Source: Ancylonema sp. (lineage: Eukaryota). From it: a stretch of 31,193 bases of DNA. A program made the position numbers and the translations under genes. The DNA lies in contig JBFLGF010000007.1 of the NCBI GenBank assembly GCA_050230475.1, forward strand, positions 124,001 through 155,193. The letters run 5' to 3'. Positions within the stretch are counted from its first letter, which is position 1; the number at the start of each line of letters is the position of its first letter. The notes under the pieces were generated by a model. That model made no database searches. It was not told the DNA's origin and saw only the letters and a program-made list of their open reading frames with translations. This document shows, piece by piece, positions 21,580 through 31,193 of this stretch.

Positions 21580-24197
21580 TTTTGTGTTACTCGACAGGTT
21601 ATTCGCCCGTTATTCGCCCTTTTGTTTGACGGTAATCTTTAATTTTCTATCTTTACTAGGCTTTTTTAGGCCAGTAAAAAGTACGGGTGTGTCCCGTTTT
21701 TCGTGCTGGAAGTTTTCCTACTTTTCGCGGCGCCTAGCCATTTAGCGGTGGCCGATTCTGCCGGCCGATAACTTACCGCTGTAACGCGAAAAAGCGCACG
21801 AGGTCCCCACGGCCTCGCCCGATACTACACAGTTCCTATCGGTCGCCCACTATGTCCTGTACCATAGTTGGCCCCGCCCCGGGCGGGGAATTTCCCGCCC
21901 AGAGCGGGCCCGCCCGGGGCTGAAAGCGGGGCGGGATTTGCGGGGCGGGGCCATAGGCCAAAATACCAAAAATAAAAAAATGCCGCAATGCAGAGATATG
22001 GTTGGTTTTGTCAAAAATTGAATTCTTGCACAATGTGCACCATACGCCACAATTCCGACATCATCTAATGTCACCCATGAGTCCGACTCCGTGGCGTAGT
22101 GTGGTATAATGCGATGAAAATAAAAATCAAAAAAATAAAACTTGAGATACACAAAAGAATATTACACGGGTAAAGATGGCAGGCGTACTTAGTGTTATAA
22201 AATCTTGAATACTTGTCGGATTTGATTTTTAAAAAATGTACATGATCTACGTGGTCTTGGGTCCTTTTACAAAAAAAACTAAAAAAGCTCGATGGCCCCG
22301 CCTCGGGCGGGGAATTTCCCGCCCGGGGCGGGCCCGCCCGGGGCGGAAATCGGGGCGGGATTTGCGGGGCGGGGCCAACCATGTCCTGTACCCCACTGCA
22401 TCCTGGAGAGGTATTGGAGTTCTACGTCCTGATGAGAGCGACGCCTCACAATCACTGGCTGCGACTCAGACAAAGAAAAGGTAAAGGGAGTTGGTATGTT
22501 GAGATGTTCTAGTTGCCGGCTCCGTGTTCAAAGCAGTGCTCGGCAGTGAATTAGTCTTGTGGATTAGTCTAGGGATCTCTCTGTCTTTCGACTACGATTG
22601 CGACTCCCACTGCGATTTATGACTGCGGTCAACCAACCAACCAATCATGCAGCCAGTGAGCTAGCAAATAAAGGTGAGCGCAGAGCGAGCGGAACAAAGT
22701 TTGCGACTACGAATTGCGGCTGCGGTCATTATCTCTCTCCCTTGGGACTGCTCCTGCGACTGCCAGTGCGATTTATATCTGCTACCAGCCAACCAGCCAG
22801 CCCTGCATCCATTTAGCCAGCGAATAAAGGTAAGGGCAGAGCGAGCAGAACAAATTTTGCAACTGATAATTGTGACTTCGACTGCTACTGCGACATGCAA
22901 CTGCGACCAGACAGCCAGCCAACCAACAAGCCAGTCAACCAGGCAGGGCTTTATGATTTCCGATGCTTTACGTCTGATCTCTTATGTACAGGTTTTTTTA
23001 TATGATGAATATTGCATGAAGTAGAGTATTAAGCATGAAGTTTTTGGTATGTTTTTTGTCGTGAATATCGATCTGCGCGCCGTGTTTGGGTCTGCGACTT
23101 TTTCCTATATTTTCGAATTTTTGCAACTTTTGATTTCCGGTGCTATCATGCCTGGCCTCTTACATTCGCAAGCATGTAGTGTTTAGGCTGATTGTGTGCA
23201 ACGGGATTCATTTTGCAGATGTCTAAGTCAGCCCGCCAGCCAGCTAGCCAGCCAGCCAACCAGCCCACCAGTCAGTTAGCGAGCCCACCTCCTAGCGAGA
23301 CAGTAAGCCTCATCGCACTTAGTTTATTATGCCTGGATTCTTATGCATTGTTTTTTTTGTGTGCTTGACGTGTGGCAAGCCAATATAATCAGAAATTGTA
23401 GACTCGTGCAATGTCATGCAGTGTCATGGAGTGTTTAAATACGGATTGAGTTCGTTCTGGTTGTAGCGGGACTGATCTTGCAGGTGTCTGATTTAGCCAC
23501 CCAACCAGCCAGCCAACCACCGAGTCAACCAGCCACCCAGAAAATTAGCCACCCATCCAGCCAAAAAAACTAGTGTTGAATATATATGTAATATATATGA
23601 GAACGAAAACCATGATTTTTGTTTTCTCTTTCTTGTCTTAAAGATTCAGCTAGAGCGCCCTCAAAGGCTCTCGCTGGCTCATCTAAAAGAAAAAATAAAA
23701 AACTATGTGTCGCAAAGAAAATGGGGGAAGGATGCATATCGCCCTCCATTCTCCTTTCAACACATAATCGCACATCCCACAGGGATGAGGGTAGATTCAG
23801 ATAATGAAAAATATTCCAGGAGGGTTGTAGTATGGGGCCTAACACACATGAAATCTTGTTAAAACGAACACGAAATTCTTTACCGGGTGGTGCAAGTGCT
23901 GGCCCCCACTTACACCAACCTCCGACCTCCAAAAACAGAGAAAATCTCAGGCAAAATTTTGGAACAAAAACCCGAAAACTAGCCAATCACAACACGACAC
24001 GTCAACGGTGACGTGTCAGCCGAAGTTGACAAAATATTGAAATCGTCAAATCCGGCGTAATCAGCCAATCACACACGCCCGAAGGACCTGAAGTGGCCAA
24101 ATCCGTACAGATGTACGGGCCATGTCAGCAACTTGAAGAGGATGGAAAACGACTGACACACTTAGCTCTGTAGAGAGCTAAGTAACTTAGGTCTCTT
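21580..24197 (+). mobile_element. Non-autonomous repeat copy B, Helentron/HINE-like
   Basis: Imperfect sub-terminal IR TGTGTTACTCG (21583) / CGACTGACACA (24150); 10-bp-stem hairpin 24160-24183; end ACTTAGGTCTCTT; (CCAG)n tracts. Confidence 0.55.
21863..22383. mobile_element. hAT MITE, 521 bp
   Basis: TIR CAT(A/G)GTTGGCCCCGCCCC; perfect 8-bp TSD TCCTGTAC. Confidence 0.93.
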
Positions 24198-24956
24198 GGA
24201 AAGAAACCTAAGTAAAAAATAAAATTGGGGCCTTAAGTACCGGGAAATTCGGGCAAAATTTCGGCTTGGGGCATTATCTAAAATCCGTTTTTTCCGCCTA
24301 GGGCTTTATCCGGTGGGGCTGTATTACGAAATGCACGCCAATCAGAAAATGGGCCCGTGATCTCCACTCCCATCTCTCCTTTGTTCAACTCCGTCAACGG
24401 GCTCGCCCATGTCCCACCCCGAATGCTTGCTACGAGCCGGGCTGCGGGCTACGGGCTGCGGCCCGGAGACACGGTCTCCCTGAAGCCTGGAGCCCAGATA
24501 TTTTTCGGGAGCCCAAGATGGAGGGGCTCATGTTACGAGCTATCAGCAGATCCGAGAGGTTTTGAAGTCTCAATTCGACGGGAGGAAACACCGTTACCCC
24601 GATAATGGGGTGGGGCCTTATCTTCGCTGGGGCAAGAAAAATAATTGCCAGAAATGGGATGGGGCTAAGGGTGGGGCCTAAAAATTTATTGGTTCGGGGC
24701 TGGGGCTAAGGGGTGGGGCTAACGTAAACTAAATATTTTTCCGAATTGGTGGGGCTATAAACCTGGCCGGTACGGTACTTCCTACACCCCAGGGGTGCTG
24801 GGATGTTTCCAAATTCATGAAATGTATTTGGTGAACCGGTTACAACGTGGTAGTATTCGAATTAGGCAGACGTTATATCGAACTACTTATTGTGCAAAAT
24901 GGTCACTACTTCAAATTTCGACGTCCGAAAGTCGATTACAGAAATTGTCCCGCACG

Positions 24957-25755
24957 TAGGGTTGTTACCTCCGCATTTTTCACCGCGGTAGGTAAAGTAC
25001 CATCCGCGCCCAACCGCACCCAACCGTTTCGGTTGGGCCCAACCGGGTGGCTTTTTCCCAACCGCATCCCAACCGCCACCCGATTGGAAAGGTGCCACCC
25101 GGGTGGGATGCGGTTGGGCGGTTGACAAAATGGCAAAAATAACGAAAATTTCATAAAACTAAATTCAAAAATAGGGTCCAAAATGGAATTGTAGCACGAA
25201 AATTTAAAGATCCTCGTCAAAAAAAAAAAAAAAACATCGAAGTTAAATACCGACACACGTAGTTCATGTATGGGAAGGTTTCTCTGCCACCGAATCCATT
25301 CTTCCCTTCTTTGTTCCATTCTGATGGTCGTCCTCTACTTCTTGTCTTCTTGACCTCTTCTTACAGACAACATATATATTCTTTTTGGTAGATAGAGTAA
25401 ACAAGATATATGACAATATGAACACATTGTTAATGTCCCCTTAAAATCCCCGCATGAACGCTCTATTAAAATGTGGATAATTGTGGGGGGGGAGGGAAAT
25501 GGACATTTACGAGTGTGGTAGAATGATGTATGTGTTTAACAAACACGTTATAAACAAGTACACATCGTAAATGAGTATGGGATGGTTTATAAAATGAGCA
25601 CTTGAAAGGTAATAATTATATGTAGGAACCGAAAGGTATCCGAAAGGAACCCTTCCCGTATGATACAAAGATATTGAAAGAAGAAAGTATGATAAGAAGT
25701 ATGTACGCCATACTCTACTCTAAATTTGTGCTCATAGGGAGAGAGACGGAAAAGA

Positions 25756-25796
<41 letters not shown>

Positions 25797-25991
25797 AAAA
25801 TATCCAACCGCACCCCAACCGCAACCCAACCGCCCCAGCCGCATCCCACCCGGGTGGGGGTTCGCCAACCGGGTGGGAGTTGGCTTGCGGTTGGCCAAAA
25901 GCCACCCGGGTGGGCCAACCGTTACCTATATCAGCGCGATCGGGGGTGGCCACCGCGTGGTTGCGCGGTTGGCGCGGAGGTAACACCCCTA
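24957..25991. mobile_element. hAT non-autonomous element, 1035 bp
   Basis: 18-bp TIR TAGGG(T/G)TGTTACCTCCGC; perfect 8-bp TSD CCCGCACG; CCAACCG subterminal repeats; internal poly(T). Confidence 0.95.
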
Positions 25992-26642
25992 CCCGCACGC
26001 ATGAGCAAATCTTGCGCACGGTGCTGACCCATCTATGCGGGAGAGACTGCGGGCACCCCCCAAAGCGACTCCGGGCACCCCCCTCCGACAAGCCCTGAAG
26101 TCTCTCCATTTTTTTGACTCCACATTGATCGGATTTTTTTTTGTTGAAAAAAATATGAATATTTACTTCGTATTCTTGTGTTGTCGTAGTTTTTTCATCA
26201 AAAATAGTTCAAATATCACAAAGCGTTTGGAAGCTATGAGATTTTGAACTTACCTTGTTTTAAGGGAAAGACTGCGGGCGAGTCGGAGGGGGGTGCCCGT
26301 TGTCGCTTTGGGGGGTGCCCGCAGTCTCTCTCTTTCAATACAGCTGTTGATTTTACCATGGCTACCGATGGCTGCCCGTAGGGATCCACAGGTAGGCGAA
26401 ATCCACCCGCGGCGGGTCGCCCGTCAGAGTGTTGCAGTGCATAGATGTACCCTAGGGGAGGAGCTTCCGCCCGCCAAATTTATGGGTAGTCCTGCTTAAT
26501 GTAGCGTAACGTGAGAATTATTTATTTTATTCAATCGATTTTTATTTATTACGGTAGCTGACCTTGAGACCTTCAAAACGCACCCTTTTTGAACGTCATC
26601 CGATAAGCGGAAGGGGTTTCAAACCCTTTTTTAGTGCAAATT

Positions 26643-27815
26643 CCGTTCACTTTTGGTTCAGGTTTAAGCTCGGCCTACAGGTTTTTTTTTTGGCCCGTTC
26701 ACTTTTCGTTTTGAACCTTTTTCTCGATGTTTCAGGCCGTTCATTTTCTGATTTTGAACGGACCCGTTCATTTTTTTCCGTTCACTATACACTCAAGTCC
26801 CGTTCACTCAAAATTTATTTCGGTTATATTTATTTTCGGTCGCCAAATTTGCGGATTGCCAGCCGACCACGGTGGGCAATGTTGGGCGCGGTAGATAATT
26901 CAATTTGTCGCTGTATCGAAGAAAGGTTTTCCAGAATTCGCCGACCGAAGTTTAGCACATGCGGGGGGGTTCGTCGACCACCGCAATAAACAATCAGGCG
27001 GCAGCTCGATAGTGCTCATCATCATAAATTGACCTTCCACGCCTTCCAGACTTACAATGGCAAAGATCATTGCGTAGACTTCTTCGGTTGCGTCATAGAA
27101 TCGGATAGCGTGTCATAAAAAAACAGCAAGATGCAGTTTTTCACTACCTTACTATTTCTCATCTCGAATCCCCTCATTATTGGAACGATGGTTGCTGTCA
27201 CTCTAGGCTTGCTAAAAGACAATTGCTAAAAGTTTATCGTACTGATTATAAATTTTATATTGCATGATGCGACATGTTGTGCGATTAAAAGCTTCACAAG
27301 AGGCATAAATCAAAACGAAAACACAAAGCGTTGTTTTTAACCGAGGATGGTTCATGTCGGACCATCCGGGACTCTCCCTGAAAGGTCCGGGACTATTCGG
27401 CTACAATTGGTTCTACTCCGGGTCTGAAACCCAACGGAAATGTAATGTCGTACATCAACATCTCGGGATACATGCTCCCGATTTTTTTACAAAATTTTCC
27501 AGATTTTTTGGGATTTCTTTTCACCGCACCGTTCACTTTACACTAAAAAATCCGTTCACTTTCCTTCATCTCATTTTTTTCCGCCATTCATTCGTTCACT
27601 TTTGTTCAAAAGCCTTATCTCGAGGAATCCTGAGGCTGAGCTTAGTCCGTTCACTTTTTTGCCACTAAAACGCCCGTAACTCAACCGTCCGTCATCGGAT
27701 TTCAAATTAAAAAAACGAAGCTATAGACAAAATCTAACATCATAAAAAAAACTGGAGTATTTCGAGCATTATATCGGAAGCGGCGATGCGTCGAACATGC
27801 GCCGTTCACTTTTTT
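26643..27815 (+). repeat. About 11 same-orientation copies of (C/T)CGTTCA(C/T)T in two clusters (DNA transposon remnant?)
   Basis: Clusters at about 26643-26810 and 27529-27815; termini not identified. Confidence 0.6.
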
Positions 27816-28199
27816 CGGCCGGAAGTTCCCCCCCCAGGAGATGTACACGCCCGTCAAAATCTCCGCCGGGCGATACCGCCCGCAGGCGAAGGCGGGCGAA
27901 ATATCCCCGCCCGCGGGCGAGTATATCTATGGTGCAGTATCTCGCCCGCCAGCCATAACTCCCGGCCGCGGTACCCGGGCCCGCTTGCCGGTTTGGGGCA
28001 AGTGGCGGGTGAGGAATGGGCGGGGGATGGGCTAGTGTGCGGGGAGCCCCCGACGAGACCCTTTGGGCTCCGAGCTCCGCCAGATCCGAGCCCAAGATCG
28101 CGGCTCCGAGCTCATTTCGGAGATTCAGAATGAGCCAGAGCTCCAGAGCTCCAGAGCTCCGGAGTTCAACAGCCGGGAGACCAGACCTCCGGAGTGCCT

Positions 28200-29027
28200 C
28201 TTGTAGCGTAGAGAGGAGAGCTGAGTATGCCAGACTACTATGCACTTTACATAAATGTGGTAAAATGAGCCACGACCTGATCGAAGTGGACAAGGCGAAA
28301 GAATGCTTACGGAGGGCGGTGACTTTGACACAGCCGTCCAACTTGTTGACAGGGCGAGCACAACTCTTACCAAGTTGCGTGTGAAGTCTACAGATCTAGC
28401 AGAAGTCTACCAGCTCATCGGCAGGGCTTTACTCGGCAATTCCGATGATGGCGAAGCGAGATTTGCATTATTGCTTTCCCTCGGAAAAGCACTGCGATTT
28501 TTCGCAGCATCAATTTACCATTCCGCCCACTTGACTTCCAATGATCTATCTCAAGTAGGTGAGCTGAAAAACAGAACTCTGAGGTGTCTTGCGTGCGCTC
28601 ATGTACTGGCAAGCGGCCGGGATTGACTTGATTTTGGACCGCGATTTGAATTTATTTTACGAAAAGGATCTGTACACTGGTCTGGCCCTGATCGATGCTT
28701 CGTTGTTGAGCAAGCCTGGAGATCCCACGGTCCTACATGCCAGGGCCCTTCGTTTCCTCGCTCTTTGCCATATTACTGTAGGGTCTCTCAAGCAAGCATC
28801 TAGGTGTGTCGTCGCAGCAGAAAAGGTAATAAGTCACGAGCAGAAGTACAATCAAAACCAGAAAGAAGGTCACGGCTCTTGGACTGTATGCATATGATGC
28901 GTGTTGCTGACTACAGCATCTGATTCGTATATCGTTGGTTGTAGCGCGTGAATGGAAAGTTCTACTCAAGGACTGCCGTTGGTTGATTTTGCAGTTGAAA
29001 TCGCACGGGGATACATATCGTTTGAAG
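28200..29027 (+). pseudogene. ZIP4: ZIP4/SPO22/TEX11-like meiotic TPR gene fragment, internally deleted, introns retained
   Basis: Collinear blocks resembling plant ZIP4: HKCGKMSHDLIEVDKAKECLRRA; DTAVQLVDRAS...LAEVYQLIGRALL...ELKNRTLRCLACAHV; FYEKDL...HARALRFLALCHITVGSLKQASRCVVAAEK|GT. Then a 33-bp exon LKSHGDTYRLK (28995-29027). Confidence 0.7.
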
Positions 29028-29771
29028 GTAACACCTGAAGCTTATTTAACTCTGGAGGCGGATCTGTTTGGGAATCTGATGATGCTATGAAATTCCAATG
29101 TGCTGTAATGTGTACCTCGTCACGTATGTGCTGCCCCTGCAGAAATTGATTGCTGCTGGAAAGCCAGTTCCAGTAATGTGTGTGTCACAGCCGACCGATG
29201 ACCTGCCCCGACATGGAGTCGAGATGAGGAGGCCATCCCAGAGTCCCATACCTGCAGCCCGGATGCGTTGCCTCCCACCTTGCCTTCCTCCCCTCCACTC
29301 GTCCCACCCCACCCACTGCTCCCTTCAAGATGTCACTACCCTGCTAGCGAAGTCAGATGGTCTACACAGGGCAAGTTTTTTTAGCTGGGTTTATATCGTG
29401 CTACGTGTCTGCAGTGGAAAGTTATGGATTTTGATTCATGTATTGGCTTGAGTCATGGTGTTCATCCTGTGGTTTGATGTGGCCATTAGCCTGTCCTCTC
29501 TGAGGTGTGCTATTGAATCTGCCTGAATCAGTGCTATATGTATTTATGCCTTATTTTTTTCACAGGTTGAAACCCCGTCAGGGACGGAGAGGGACATGAC
29601 AAGCACAAATGACGATGATGACGCCCATGTTATGACTATTTCTCTGAATGTGCCGTTGAATGTTGCTTGTAATCCCACCTGGTTTTTCCCCTTATCTTCT
29701 TCCTTCAACCAGACAGTATCTCCTACAGCACTAGGTGGCGGTGCAACAACATCCCTTCCTCCTCCCTCTCC

Positions 29772-29952
29772 TCCCTCCAACACGACTCCCCTCCCTCTTA
29801 CGATCCCTCACACCCTCAATCCCTCACCCGCCGCCTCCCTCCCAGCCTATTACGCTGAAGTCCATCCCTCCAACACGACCCCCCTCCCTCTTCGATCCCT
29901 CATCGATCCCTCACACCCTCACTCCCTCACCCGCTCCCTATTACGCTGAAGT
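29772..29952 (+). repeat. About 90-bp tandem duplication in a C-rich, Pro/Ser-coding exon-like segment
   Basis: TCCCTCCAACACGAC...CCTATTACGCTGAAGT at 29772-29861 and 29865-29952. Confidence 0.9.
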
Positions 29953-30305
29953 ATCCAAGTACTTTAAGTCCTCGCTCCCTCCCCGCCAGCACACCGGCAA
30001 TAGCTAGGCCGACTTATCCACAACATAAGCCCAGGAGGAGAAGACTCGAGGCGGAAGAGGACCAAGGGAGGTCCCAATCGACGGAAGAAAAGGCCACAGC
30101 TCGTCCACCACTTCGGAGCCCGTTGCCAATGTCCGAGCCCGAAGCCCAAGATTCGGGCTCGGAGCTCACCCAGAGCCCAGCTCGGAGCCCAAATAAAAAA
30201 AAAAAAAACGAAAAAAAGGAGTTTTCTTTAACATGGATTACAAACGTTTATTCGAGGACATAAAATTTATAGCTAGGACACAACCGCTATGCACAATGAT
30301 GAGAG

Positions 30306-30646
30306 CATAATTAATAACTCCGCGTGCCGTACTGGGACAAAGTCAGTAATCGAATTTTGGACGTTTTTTAAATTTGACTAAGTAGTGAGTATGACCATTT
30401 TCCACTCGATAACACGCGTAGTACGATATAGTGTGTTGGGCCCGAAATGCTAAATTGCCACCGTTGTAACCGTTTACCAATAACATTTCACGATTTTGGA
30501 AACATTTCGCATCCCTGGGGTGTAGGAAGTTCCCCCCCCCCCTGTGGGTAGTAACATGATTTTAACGCCTATGGGCGTGCACCGTCCGCAAGATTTTCGC
30601 ACGCGTGCGGCTTGCGTGCAACACGTACGCCAAAGACCCAACTATA
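30306..30646 (-). mobile_element. hAT MITE, CATAG family, copy 2 (341 bp, uninterrupted)
   Basis: Perfect 8-bp TSD GATGAGAG (30298-30305, 30647-30654); the reverse complement aligns with reconstructed copy 1; TIRs are eroded. Confidence 0.85.
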
Positions 30647-30989
30647 GATGAGAGTGTTATATGTATTTCTTGAATGTTTATTGAGTGTTATTGTTGTTGC
30701 ATGAAATATATTATTTTAATATAATCTTTGTTAGAAGTAAAATGTGATTGCATCATGTAAAGATAGTTAGTGAAGTAATTATTTATGGAATATGTGTTCA
30801 GTGGTGAAATTCGTTATCCAGTACATTCATAAATACATCATGTATGAGACCACCTTTCATCCTTGATTTCGCGGATTTTCACATCCATTGTATTCAAATT
30901 GTTGACAAACATAACGCACACGACCATAATAAATGTTGAACATAATGGAATTTATGTCGTGTCCATCTTTCACACCTGTATTCAATATA

Positions 30990-31193
30990 TGTTAGAATCC
31001 TTGCTCTAGACACTAGTGTGCCTATAGCAAGTCCCCTACACCTCGGCATAGATGGGCTACAAGCTCTTGTCCTTATATCGAGACTACCCTTAGCTTTTGA
31101 GTTTATTCCTTACAGCGAATATCAACTTCAGTTTTGTTCTTACATCGAATCTCGACTTGTCCCACATTCAGTGTTACGTGTCCTAGTCGACTC
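30990..31193. mobile_element. Possible start of an LTR running off the window
   Basis: TGTTAGAAT start (the same 9 bp as LTR A) with a change in composition; the other end is not visible. Confidence 0.3.

Larger units (their letters stand above)
18029..24775. mobile_element. pogo/Tc2-like Tc1/mariner non-autonomous element carrying nested repeats
   Basis: Perfect 25-bp TIR CCGTACCGGCCAGGTTTATAGCCCC with a TA TSD on both sides; the empty site matches hAT copy 2. Confidence 0.9.
17895..26037 (+). mobile_element. hAT MITE, CATAG family, copy 1 (about 351 bp after removing inserts)
   Basis: 12-bp TIR CATAGATGGGTC/GACCCATCTATG; 8-bp TSD CGGGGGAG/CGGGAGAG; the reconstructed body aligns with copy 2 at 30306-30646. 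Confidence 0.88.
17888..26332. mobile_element. Mutator-like MITE (about 295 bp core) expanded to 8.4 kb by nested insertions
   Basis: Perfect 9-bp TSD TTTCAATAC at 17879-17887 and 26333-26341. About 65-bp TIRs GAGAGACTGCGGGCACCCCCCAAAGCGAC... at 26041 and ending at 26330. Confidence 0.85.
28062..30193. mobile_element. Pack-type unit: gene fragments bracketed by an inverted repeat and GAGCCC/GAGCTC motif arrays
   Basis: Perfect 15-bp IR TTTGGGCTCCGAGCT (28062-28076) / AGCTCGGAGCCCAAA (30179-30193), with about 100 bp of the same short motif inside each end. No TSD found. Confidence 0.55.

Noticed and set aside
17668..26500. A further outer TTAA-flanked element (ATTAAGCAG...CTGCTTAAT)
   Set aside because: Only 4 bp of inverted identity inside the TTAA, and the same 9-mer pairs locally at 17654; chance cannot be excluded.
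18170..27668. Numerous 60-160 aa ORFs across the transposon nest
   Set aside because: They arise from GC-rich subterminal repeats, (CCAG)n and poly(T) tracts; I see no transposase, Rep/helicase or other domain motifs.
26643..27815. CRISPR-like repeat-spacer array
   Set aside because: The repeats are only 9-11 bp, irregularly spaced, and the context is eukaryotic.
28200..29027. Intact functional ZIP4 gene
   Set aside because: The N-terminus and C-terminal half are absent, and two junctions shift frame without usable splice sites.
17895..30646. A giant 12.7-kb Pack-MULE with long TIRs (17895-18028 plus 24778-24956 inverted against 30306-30646)
   Set aside because: Each arm has its own 8-bp TSD and short TIRs, so they are two independent, oppositely oriented copies of a roughly 345-bp hAT MITE.
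48..31193. TGTTAGAAT at 48 and 30990 as paired LTRs of one huge element
   Set aside because: Similarity stops after 9 bp and no PPT precedes 30990.

Overview
Eukaryotic, land-plant-type genomic DNA; a non-seed lineage such as a bryophyte or lycophyte is inferred, not proven. One apparently intact host gene is present: a 4-exon cation/calcium exchanger (CCX, CCX5-like) on the minus strand at 14349-17622. The left third is a graveyard of retroelements. It holds two plus-strand Ty1/copia remnants whose gag starts inside the LTR and reads through a tRNA-Met PBS, a solo LTR, a pogo/Emigrant-like MITE, a minus-strand copia primed by a half-tRNA-iMet with three Gag zinc knuckles, and a CRE-like LINE fragment. 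About 265 bp upstream of the CCX ATG sits an 8.4-kb, five-level nest of DNA transposons (MULE-MITE > hAT MITE > pogo-like > Helentron/HINE-like array > hAT MITE), most levels resolved by their TSDs. On the right, a 2.1-kb unit bounded by a 15-bp inverted repeat carries deleted, intron-containing pieces of a ZIP4/SPO22-like meiotic TPR gene fused to Pro/Ser-rich exons that still splice in frame. All homology calls are by eye from remembered family motifs; no searches were run.
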